From positions 413,930 through 477,929 of the forward strand of contig CAWCDI010000002.1 of the NCBI GenBank assembly GCA_963794415.1: a stretch of DNA of 64,000 nucleotides, read 5' to 3'. The translations under genes were made by a program, and so were the position numbers. The notes under the pieces were generated by a model. That model did no database searches. It had not been told where the DNA came from and saw nothing but the letters and a program-made list of their open reading frames with translations. This DNA comes from an uncultured Actinomycetes bacterium (GTDB lineage Bacteria > Actinomycetota > Thermoleophilia > Gaiellales > JAICJC01). Numbering within the stretch: the first letter of the stretch is position 1; each line of letters begins with the position of its first letter. This document shows, in pieces, positions 29,076 through 37,010 of the stretch.

Positions 29076-31097
29076 GTGGTCTATACCGTGCTCGCCGTGG
29101 TGACGAAAGGCTCCAGCGACCTCGGCAACGACACCTACCCGCTCGAACGGGTGGCCGACGCCGTGTCCGAGCTCTCGGATGCCCACGCCGGGGAGTTGCC
29201 CGCGGCCGCGTGCCGTGCCCTGGGGTGCGTGCTGGGACTCGATGAGGTGCGTTTCGTGACCACCGCCGGTGAGCTCGGCTCATGGGCGTGCGACACCGAT
29301 CACCGCCGGAGCATCCGTCGGCACAGCGTGCAGACAGCCGTGTCCGGAGCAACCGAGCGGCCGCTGCAATGGCTCGACGGGGAGCAGACGCTGCTTGCAG
29401 TGCCCGTCCGCCGCGGCGGCCGCCGGTTGGCGGTGCTGGTGGGCTCGGTGTGGGGCGACCGCGACTTCGCCGACGAGGATCTCGCCGCGTGCGGGCTCGT
29501 GGCCGCGGCCGCAGCGGCCGGCGACGTGGAGGTCATCGAGCACCAGCCGTCGCCCGGCACGCGCACGCTCGAGTCGGCACTCTCCGACCTGGATGTGGGC
29601 TGGGCGATCGTGGATGCGCTGAAGACGCTCCTGCAGTTCGACGCGTGCCGGGTGTACCTGCCGTCGCCGGGCGACAACCGCGTGGTGCCGTCGGTGCAGT
29701 GCGGCCTGGGCCAGTGGCCGTGCCCGGATGCGGCCGCCCGCGAGGCCTGCGCGCCGGGCGTGGGCGCGGCGGGCAAGGCGATGCTCGACCGCGCGTCGCG
29801 CGTGGTGCGAAGCGCCCGCTCCGATCAGCACGCCGCCAAGATCATCGCCGAGGTGGCCGGGGACGAGTCGCTCCTGGTGGTCCCGGTGGTCGCAGACGGC
29901 GTGACGTGCGCGGTCATCGTGGTCTCGCGGATCGGCGCCGACCGGTTCGGCCTCGCCGACCTGCGGCTGGTGGAGCGCATCGCCGCCCGCGCGGCCCTTG
30001 CCTGTCGCGCCGTCGGGCTCTCGCGCACGGCGTCCGACCAGGCGCGCGTCGCCCAGGGCCTGCTGGATCTCAGCGCGGCGCTCGCCGCCCAGACCAGCGT
30101 CGAGGGAGTGGCCTCGATGCTCGTGGCCACCGTTGACCGGCTGGTGGAGTGCGCGGCCGTCTCGGTCTGGTTCCGGACGGGGGACGAGATGCGCCCCGCC
30201 GCCGTGCGCGGCTACACGCCGGAGGAGTCGGCCCGCCTCTCGGCGTGCAGCGTGCCGGTCACCGACCCGCTCTTTGCCGGCGCGCTCGACCGCCGCGACG
30301 TGGTGGCCCGCCGCGTCGATCAGGCGGGCGTGATCGTCACGCACCTCGACTCCACTCCAAGCGGCTCGACCTTCGCGGTGGTGGCGGTGGGGGAGCGGTC
30401 CGCCAACCGGGCTGCGCTCGTCATCCGCCGCGGCCCGCGGCGCGGCGCGCTCTCGGCAGTCGATCGCCAGATGCTCCTGGGGATCGCCGATCAGAGCCTC
30501 ATCGCCTTCACCAACCGGATGCTCTACGCCGAGCTCGACGAATCGTTCATGGCCACGGTGACTGCCCTGGCGACTGCGCTCGAGACCAAGGACGAGTACA
30601 CCGGCGACCACGCCAGCGAGCTCGAGTCGCTCTCGACCACGCTCGCAGAGCGCCTGGGCCTGAGCGGCACCGAGCTGCGAGACGTCACGCTGGGGGCGGC
30701 GCTGCACGACATCGGCAAGATCGGGATCCCCTCGCCGATCCTCCTGAAGCCGGGCCCGCTCACCGACGCCGAGTGGGAGGTGATGCGCCGCCATCCCGAG
30801 CTCGGCGCGCGCATCATCGAGCCGGTTGCGGCGCTCGACGGCGCCCGCGAGCTGGTCATCGCCTGCCACGAGCACTGGGACGGCAGCGGCTATCCCCACG
30901 GCCTCGCAGGCGAGCAGATCCCGCTGGGCGCGCGCATCATCCTGGCCTGCGACGCGTTTCACGCGATGATCTCCGACCGCGTCTACCGCAAGGGGATGCC
31001 GGTGTCCGAGGCGGTGATCGAGCTGGAGTGCCACGCCGGCGCGATGTTCGATCCCGCGGTGGCAGATGCGCTGGTGAGCATGGTCGGCGACGGCTGA
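29076..31097 (+). CDS. multi-GAF-domain HD-GYP protein (putative c-di-GMP phosphodiesterase)
   Basis: The C-terminal HD-GYP domain has HDIGKIGIP and HEHWDGSGYP. The N-terminal about 450 aa has repeated GAF-like segments. The start is uncertain (GTG 29076, 29088 or 29097). Confidence 0.85.
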   Translation: MVYTVLAVVTKGSSDLGNDTYPLERVADAVSELSDAHAGELPAAACRALGCVLGLDEVRFVTTAGELGSWACDTDHRRSIRRHSVQTAVSGATERPLQWLDGEQTLLAVPVRRGGRRLAVLVGSVWGDRDFADEDLAACGLVAAAAAAGDVEVIEHQPSPGTRTLESALSDLDVGWAIVDALKTLLQFDACRVYLPSPGDNRVVPSVQCGLGQWPCPDAAAREACAPGVGAAGKAMLDRASRVVRSARSDQHAAKIIAEVAGDESLLVVPVVADGVTCAVIVVSRIGADRFGLADLRLVERIAARAALACRAVGLSRTASDQARVAQGLLDLSAALAAQTSVEGVASMLVATVDRLVECAAVSVWFRTGDEMRPAAVRGYTPEESARLSACSVPVTDPLFAGALDRRDVVARRVDQAGVIVTHLDSTPSGSTFAVVAVGERSANRAALVIRRGPRRGALSAVDRQMLLGIADQSLIAFTNRMLYAELDESFMATVTALATALETKDEYTGDHASELESLSTTLAERLGLSGTELRDVTLGAALHDIGKIGIPSPILLKPGPLTDAEWEVMRRHPELGARIIEPVAALDGARELVIACHEHWDGSGYPHGLAGEQIPLGARIILACDAFHAMISDRVYRKGMPVSEAVIELECHAGAMFDPAVADALVSMVGDG

Positions 31098-31151
31098 GAG
31101 TCCGCTCGATCGTGTATTCTGGGGCTCGTGGCCCCACCGAGGGGGCCGCGT

Positions 31152-31213
31152 GAGGCAACGGCGCCTCCAGCTGACGAAACGCCTGTCGTTTCGTGACCTG
31201 GGGGCGTTTTTTG
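31152..31213 (+). promoter_or_regulatory. hairpin cluster plus T-tract in the pdtaS leader (candidate attenuator or terminator of the upstream gene)
   Basis: GAGGC-AACGGC-GCCTC (31152-31167). ACGAAACG-CCTGT-CGTTTCGT (31174-31194). Alternative pairing AAACGCC (31177-31183) with GGCGTTT (31203-31209), followed by TTT. Confidence 0.3.
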
Positions 31214-31240
31214 TGCCCGGAACCCGGAGGAGGTGGATCG

Positions 31241-32827
31241 ATGGAGACGTGGAGCGAGCGCGCGGCTGGTGGTGCGGCGGCCCTGCATCGGCGACAATCC
31301 GCCCATGCCATTCCGCCTCGCCAGGGCTCCGGGGTGACCGCCGCGGCCGAGCCCGATCGCGCGGCGCGCCACCTCCAGCTCCTCACCGAGACCATCGCCG
31401 CGGTCAACTCGACGCTCGACCTGGCGGGGGTGTTCGCCCAGATCGCCTCGAAGGTGGCCCAGGCGATGGGCACCGACGCGTGCTTCGTCTACCTCTACGA
31501 CGAGCCCAGCGGCATGCTCGAGCTCCGCGCCACCCACGGCGCGCGCTTCGACGACCCCGCCCACCGGCCGCGCATGGCGCCGGGCGAGGGCATCACGGGC
31601 GTGGCGGCGGCCTCGATGCGACCGGTCGTGATCGCGCGCGACGCGCATCTGGATCCGCGGTTCATGTCGTTTCCCAACCTGCCCGAGGACGAGTACGAGT
31701 CGATCCTCGCGGTGCCGGTGCTCGCGCGCGACAAGCTGGCGGGCGCGCTCAACGTCCGCACCCGGGCGCCGCGCGTGTTCGGGCCCGACGAGATCGCGCT
31801 GCTCTCTGCCATCGCCGGCCAGGTCGGCCAGGCGATCGAGAACGCGAAGCTCTACGAGCGCTCGCAGCAGCGGGTGGTCGAGCTCGAGGCGCTCGCCGAC
31901 ATCGGGCGCACCCTCTCGGGGTCGCTCTACCTTGACGACGCGCTGCGCGGCATCGCGACCCGCACGATGCGCGCCCTGAACGCCGACGGCTGCGCGGTGG
32001 TGCTGAAGAACGAGGACGGCATCTCGGTGGGGTTCCGCGAGGGCACCATCTGCCCCGATGCCGACCTCATCAGGATCGCCGAGTCCGCGCCCAAGCAGGG
32101 CGAGACGTATCTGGCCCAGCGGCTGCAGTGGAAGCAGCGCACCACCGGGGCGCTGGTGGTGCTCTCGACCCAGCCGCGGTCGTGGTCGCCGGAGGAGCGC
32201 TCGCTGCTCACCACGATCGCCCACGCGGCCAGCGCGGCGGTGGCAAACGCGCAGGCGGCGCTCCGCGGGCTGCTGGCCCAGGAGATCCACCACCGGGTGA
32301 AGAACAACCTGCAGACCGTGGCATCGCTCCTTCGGCTGCAAGCCGGCGCGACCACCGACGCCGATGCGTCCAAGGCGCTCGAGGAGAGCGTCAACAGGAT
32401 CCTCTCGATCGCGGCGGTGCACGACCTGCTCACAGCCACGCGCGAGGACGGCGTTGACTGCGCGGGGCTCGTCGGCACGCTCGAGGCGATGCTGGGCCAG
32501 GGCCTCGGCGGGCGCAGCCTCGACTCGCAGCTGGATCCGGTCACGCTCTCGGGCGCGCGGGCCACGGCGCTTGCCCTGGTGTTCTGCGAGCTCTTCCAAA
32601 ACGCCGTGGAGCACGGCGGCGGCGGGATCGCGGTGGGGTTGCACATGTCCGGCGACATGGTGGAGCTGACCGTCGAGGACGAGGGCAGCGGCCCGTCGCC
32701 GCAGAGCGCCGCCGGACTGGGTTTGACCATCGCCAAGGCGCTGGTGTCGGGCGAGCTCGGGGGCACCCTCGAGCTCGCGGTAGGGGGACGAGGGAAGGCG
32801 GTGGTGAGATTTCCAGCCGAGTACTGA
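31241..32827 (+). CDS. pdtaS: GAF-containing sensor histidine kinase, PdtaS-type (HisKA_2 / HWE-like H-box)
   Basis: GAF-like N-terminal domains, H-box EIHHRVKNNLQ, and ATPase motifs FQNAVEHG, EDEGSG and GLGL. ATG 31241 is preceded by GGAGGAGG. Confidence 0.85.
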   Translation: METWSERAAGGAAALHRRQSAHAIPPRQGSGVTAAAEPDRAARHLQLLTETIAAVNSTLDLAGVFAQIASKVAQAMGTDACFVYLYDEPSGMLELRATHGARFDDPAHRPRMAPGEGITGVAAASMRPVVIARDAHLDPRFMSFPNLPEDEYESILAVPVLARDKLAGALNVRTRAPRVFGPDEIALLSAIAGQVGQAIENAKLYERSQQRVVELEALADIGRTLSGSLYLDDALRGIATRTMRALNADGCAVVLKNEDGISVGFREGTICPDADLIRIAESAPKQGETYLAQRLQWKQRTTGALVVLSTQPRSWSPEERSLLTTIAHAASAAVANAQAALRGLLAQEIHHRVKNNLQTVASLLRLQAGATTDADASKALEESVNRILSIAAVHDLLTATREDGVDCAGLVGTLEAMLGQGLGGRSLDSQLDPVTLSGARATALALVFCELFQNAVEHGGGGIAVGLHMSGDMVELTVEDEGSGPSPQSAAGLGLTIAKALVSGELGGTLELAVGGRGKAVVRFPAEY

Positions 32828-33381
32828 TAGCAGAGGACGAGACCATCATCCGGCTCGATCTGGCAGCGATGCTGGAGCGCGCCGGGTTCGAGGTGGTGGC
32901 ACAGGCCGGCGACGGCCTGGAGGCGGTCGCGCTCGCGACCCAGACCGAGCCGGACATCGCGCTCCTCGACGTGAAGATGCCCGGGATGGACGGCATCGAC
33001 GTCGCGCGGAAGATCCTGGAGCAGCGGCCGATCCCGGTGGTGATGGTGACGGCGTTCTCCCACCGCGAGCTGGTGGAGCGGGCGGTGGACGCGGGCGTGT
33101 TCGGCTACCTGGTGAAGCCGTTTCGCGAGGGCGACCTGCTGCCGGCCATCGAGACGGCGCGGGCGCGCCATGCCGAGCTGCAGGAGGTGCGGGCGGAGTC
33201 GAGCGACCTGCGCGACGCGCTGGCCGCGCGCAAGGTGATCGAGCGCGCGAAGGGCCTTCTGATGGAGCGCGACGGCCTCACCGAGCAGGAGGCATTCAGC
33301 CGGATGCGGCGCGCCTCGCAGCAGACGGGCCGGTCACTGCGCGACATCGCAGAGGCAATGGTGGCGACGCTGACGGTGTAG
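32824..33381 (+). CDS. pdtaR: ANTAR-domain response regulator, PdtaR-type; non-canonical start required
   Basis: The receiver (VLIAEDETIIRLDL..., DVKMPGMDG, KPF) plus ANTAR (ARKVIERAKGLLMERDGLTEQEAFSRMRRASQ). The first ATG/GTG/TTG is at 32869, after the beta1 strand and acidic pocket. Candidate starts are CTG 32824 (CTGA overlap with the pdtaS stop) or ATT 32809. Confidence 0.85.
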   Translation: MIAEDETIIRLDLAAMLERAGFEVVAQAGDGLEAVALATQTEPDIALLDVKMPGMDGIDVARKILEQRPIPVVMVTAFSHRELVERAVDAGVFGYLVKPFREGDLLPAIETARARHAELQEVRAESSDLRDALAARKVIERAKGLLMERDGLTEQEAFSRMRRASQQTGRSLRDIAEAMVATLTV

Positions 33382-33411
33382 AGGGAACGGTGCCGGGCAC
33401 CGCTCGTTCAC
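33378..33411. repeat. GC-rich diverged member of the 33-bp palindrome family; bidirectional terminator-like hairpin (CGGTGCC-G-GGCACCG)
   Basis: AACGGTGCCGGGCAC matches the core AACGGTGCCAGGCAC at 14 of 15 positions, and the right arm TTCAC is conserved. It overlaps the pdtaR TAG (33379-33381) and the ABC-F TGA (33408-33410). Confidence 0.6.
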
Positions 33412-35294
33412 CCGGCCTGGGTCGCGAACTGCTCCCACTCGCGGTACTTGTACGCCAGCTCCTGCTGGAGCTCCTGGTGGCGCCGGCCGTCGACCGCGAG
33501 CGCGGTGGAGTCCTGGTAGGCGTCCGGCGCCGAGAGCCGCGTCTCGAGCGCGCCCATCTCCTCCTCGAGCGCGGCGATCTCGCGCTCGAGCTTGGACGCC
33601 TCGCGCCTGGCCCGCTGTGAGGGCCGCCCCGTCTGGGCCGGCTGGGGCTTTGCCTTCTGCTTGGGCGCCGCCGCAGGCCTGGGGGCAGGCTTCGCCGGCG
33701 CAGCCGCGGAGGGCGCCTCGTGCGCCGTCGCGTAGGCGCCGAACGCGCCCTCGCGCGCGATGAGCCGCTGATCCTCGATCGAGAGCGTGCGCGTGGCGAT
33801 GGCCTCGATGAGCGCGCGATCGTGCGACACCAGGAGCATCGTCCCCGCAAACGCCTCCAGCGCGTCCTCCAGCGCCTCGCGGCTCTCGATGTCGAGGTGG
33901 TTGGTGGGCTCGTCCAGCACCAGCAGGTTGGCCCCCGAGATGACCGTGCGTGCCAGCGACAGCCGCCGCCGCTCACCGCCCGAGAGCGCCGAGACCGGCT
34001 TCTCGACGTCCTCGCCCGAGAAGAGGAACCGGCCCAGCAGGTCGCGCGCCTTCGGCCCGCTCAGGCCCTCTGCGGTGATCACGTCGATCATCCGGTAGGC
34101 GTCGGGTAGCTCGAGCGACTGCTGTGAGTAGTAGGCGAGCTCAACGTTGTGGCCGAACTTGACCCGGCCGTGCTCGGGGGCGCGGTTCCCCAGGAGCGTC
34201 TCGATGAGCGTCGTCTTGCCGGCGCCGTTGGGCCCCAGGAGCGCCACGCGCTGGCCGCGCTCGATCGCAAACGACGCGCCCTTGATGAGCGTGCGCCCGG
34301 CGACGCCGATCGTGAGCCCCTCGGTCTCCAGCACCACGCGCGCGCTTCGCGGCGGATCGGGGAACTCGAAGCGCAGCGACTTCTGCGTGGTGGTCTTCTC
34401 GATCGGCTCGATCCGCGCGATCGCCTTCAGCTTGGACTGCGCCTGGCGCGACTTGGTGCCGTACCGGAACCGGTCCACGAACCGCTGGAGGTGGGCGAGC
34501 TCGGCCTGCTGGCGGTCGAACGCACCGGCCTGCGCCGCGAGCCGCTCGGCCTCGACGCGGCGAAAGTGGGAGTAGCTGCCCTTCTCGAACCGCCCCTTGC
34601 CGCGCTCGATCGCGAGCACGCCGTTGGCCACCGACTCCAGGAACCAGCGGTCGTGCGAGACGAAGAGCACGGCGGCGTCGAGCCCGTCGATGTGCTCCTC
34701 GAGCCACTCGATGGCGGCGGTGTCCAGGTGGTTGGTGGGCTCGTCCAGCAGCAGCACGTCCGGCTCTGCAGCGAGTGCGCGCGTGAGCGACGCGCGGGTC
34801 AGCTCGCCGCCCGAGAAGCTGCGAAGGGGCCGGTCGAGATCGTCGGGCGAGAAGCCCAGGCCCCGTGCGACGCTCTCCAGCCGCGAGCGCCATGCATAGC
34901 CGCCGGCACGCTCGAACTCGCGCTGGGCCTGGTCGTAGCGCCGCATGACCGAGCCGTCGCTGTCGCCCGCCGCCATGCGCTCCTCCAGCTCACGTAGCTC
35001 CGCCTCGAGCCGTCTGGCGGCCGCCGCTCCCCCGCCGACGTACTCGCCGAGGGTGGTGGCGGATGCCAGCGGCGGGCGCTGGTCGTGCAGCGCGATGCGG
35101 GTGCCGGTGGTCACCGAGATCTCGCCCTTGTCGGGCGTGAGCTCGCCCGCGACCATGCGAAGGAGCGTGGTCTTGCCGGCGCCGTTTCGCCCGATCAGCG
35201 CCACGCGGTCGCGCGGCCGGATGATGGCCGAGACGTCGTCCAGGATCATGTCGGCCCCGAACGAGAGGCCCACCGAGGTGATGTGCACGGTCAC
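33408..35294 (-). CDS. ABC-F family ATPase (Uup/EttA-like, two ABC cassettes plus a C-terminal coiled coil)
   Basis: GRNGAGKTT and GPNGAGKTT Walker A motifs, two LSGGE signatures and no TM domain. GTG 35294 lies in a GTGA overlap with the upstream gene. Confidence 0.9.
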   Translation of the reverse strand: MTVHITSVGLSFGADMILDDVSAIIRPRDRVALIGRNGAGKTTLLRMVAGELTPDKGEISVTTGTRIALHDQRPPLASATTLGEYVGGGAAAARRLEAELRELEERMAAGDSDGSVMRRYDQAQREFERAGGYAWRSRLESVARGLGFSPDDLDRPLRSFSGGELTRASLTRALAAEPDVLLLDEPTNHLDTAAIEWLEEHIDGLDAAVLFVSHDRWFLESVANGVLAIERGKGRFEKGSYSHFRRVEAERLAAQAGAFDRQQAELAHLQRFVDRFRYGTKSRQAQSKLKAIARIEPIEKTTTQKSLRFEFPDPPRSARVVLETEGLTIGVAGRTLIKGASFAIERGQRVALLGPNGAGKTTLIETLLGNRAPEHGRVKFGHNVELAYYSQQSLELPDAYRMIDVITAEGLSGPKARDLLGRFLFSGEDVEKPVSALSGGERRRLSLARTVISGANLLVLDEPTNHLDIESREALEDALEAFAGTMLLVSHDRALIEAIATRTLSIEDQRLIAREGAFGAYATAHEAPSAAAPAKPAPRPAAAPKQKAKPQPAQTGRPSQRARREASKLEREIAALEEEMGALETRLSAPDAYQDSTALAVDGRRHQELQQELAYKYREWEQFATQAG

Positions 35295-36283
35295 AGGGCC
35301 ACGTCCAGCACGACCTTGCCGAACCGGTCGGCGGCGTCCATGTGGGCGTGCGCCTCGGCGGCCTCGGCAAGCGGGAACGCCCGGTCGATGACGGGCCGCC
35401 ACGTCGTCTCGGCCACGTGCGCCAGCAGCTGATCGAACTCGCGGGCCGAGCCCATCGTGGTGCCGGCGATGGTCCACTGGCCGAAGTACGTCGCCGCGAT
35501 CGAGATGCTCGCCTCGGCGCCCGCAGTCGTCCCGAAGCTCACCAGCGTGCCGCCGGGCCGAAGGCAGCGCCACGCGCCGTCCCAGGTGGGCTGTCCCGCC
35601 GAGTCGATGATCACGTCCACCTCGCCGACCTGCTCGGGCCAGTCGGGGCTGGTGTAGAGCGCGCCGCCCGAGGCGCCGAGCGCGATCGCCCGGTCGATCT
35701 TGGCCTGCGACGACGAGGTCACGATCACCTCGGCGCCCAGGGCGTGGGCGATCTGGACCAGGAACGTGGCCGTGCCGGCGCCGGCCCCGGCGATGAGCAC
35801 GCGGTCTCCCGCCTGCACGCCCGCGCGCGTGCGAAGCGCCCGCCAGGCCGTGAGCCCGGCCAGCGGCAGCGCCGCGGCCTCGCGCCAGTCGAACCGCTCG
35901 GGGCGCGGGAGCACGTGGTCTGCGGGGATCGCGATCAGCTCGGCGTAGGTGCCCTGGCGCGGCATCCCGAGGATGTTGAAGTCGGGGCCCGGGGCGCTCT
36001 CCCGCGGGCCCCATCGGACGCCCGGGTTGATCACGACCTCGGTGCCGATGGCCGGCGACTCGACGCCCGCTCCGTGGGCCACGACCCGCCCGGCGCCGTC
36101 GGATCCCAGCACCGAGCCCACCACTGCGCCGGGCCGGCCGCGGCGAATCCACACGTCGCGCCGGTTGATGGCCGCCGTGACCAGCTGGACCACCACCTCA
36201 CCCGGCTCGGGTGAGGGGTCGGGCAGCTGCCGCAGGCGCAGGCCGGACGGCTCGCCGAGCTCCTCGAGGACGATCGCGTTCAT
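35291..36283 (-). CDS. zinc-type alcohol dehydrogenase / NADPH:quinone oxidoreductase family protein
   Basis: MNAIVLEELGEPS..., MDR-family GroES-like N-terminus and Rossmann AGAGAGTA. ATG 36283. Confidence 0.88.
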   Translation of the reverse strand: MNAIVLEELGEPSGLRLRQLPDPSPEPGEVVVQLVTAAINRRDVWIRRGRPGAVVGSVLGSDGAGRVVAHGAGVESPAIGTEVVINPGVRWGPRESAPGPDFNILGMPRQGTYAELIAIPADHVLPRPERFDWREAAALPLAGLTAWRALRTRAGVQAGDRVLIAGAGAGTATFLVQIAHALGAEVIVTSSSQAKIDRAIALGASGGALYTSPDWPEQVGEVDVIIDSAGQPTWDGAWRCLRPGGTLVSFGTTAGAEASISIAATYFGQWTIAGTTMGSAREFDQLLAHVAETTWRPVIDRAFPLAEAAEAHAHMDAADRFGKVVLDVAL

Positions 36284-36302
36284 GCCCGTATGATGACGCC
36301 TG

Positions 36303-37010
36303 ATGGTCTCGCTGTTCCCCACCTGCCTCGGTGACGCCGTCAGCGGCGTTGCGGTGCGCGATGCGGCCCGGGTGCTGCGCGCTGCGGGAGTCGAGCCGAA
36401 GCGGCCCCGCGGAGCCACGTGCTGCGGCCAGCCGGCCTGGAACAGCGGCTTCGTCGCCGACGCCCGCCGCGTGGCGCGCACCACGCTGCGCGCGCTGGAG
36501 GGCGCCGATGCCGTGGTGGTGCCCGCGGGCTCGTGCGCGGCGATGATGCGGCTGCACTGGCCGCAGCTCTTCGAGGGTGCCGAGCGGGAGCGGGCCAGGG
36601 CCGTCTCCGCCCGGGTGTTCGAGCTCTCGCAGTACCTCGTCGATGAGCTCGGCCTCACGCAGATCGGCACGCCGGGAGACCGCACGGTGGCCTACCACGA
36701 CTCGTGCCACATGCTGCGCGAGCTGCGCGTCTCCGAGCAGCCCCGCGCCCTGCTCCGATCCGTCGCGACGCTCGTGGAGCTGCCGCGCTCGGATCGCTGC
36801 TGCGGCTTCGGCGGCACCTTCAGCGTGCGCTACCCCGAGGTCTCGACGGCGATGGCCGACGACAAGCTCGGCGCGGCGCGGGCCGCCGGTATCGACCTGA
36901 TCGTGAGCGCCGACCCCGGCTGCGCCATGCAGCTCGGCGGCCGGGCCTCGCGGGTGGGCGCGCCGGTTCGGGTCTCACACCTGGCAACCGTGCTGGCCGA
37001 GGCCCTGTGA
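36303..37010 (+). CDS. lutA: lactate utilisation protein LutA ((Fe-S)-binding CCG-domain oxidoreductase)
   Basis: Two CCG-type motifs (TCCGQPAWNSG; DRCCGFGGTFS). Confidence 0.88.
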   Translation: MVSLFPTCLGDAVSGVAVRDAARVLRAAGVEPKRPRGATCCGQPAWNSGFVADARRVARTTLRALEGADAVVVPAGSCAAMMRLHWPQLFEGAERERARAVSARVFELSQYLVDELGLTQIGTPGDRTVAYHDSCHMLRELRVSEQPRALLRSVATLVELPRSDRCCGFGGTFSVRYPEVSTAMADDKLGAARAAGIDLIVSADPGCAMQLGGRASRVGAPVRVSHLATVLAEAL

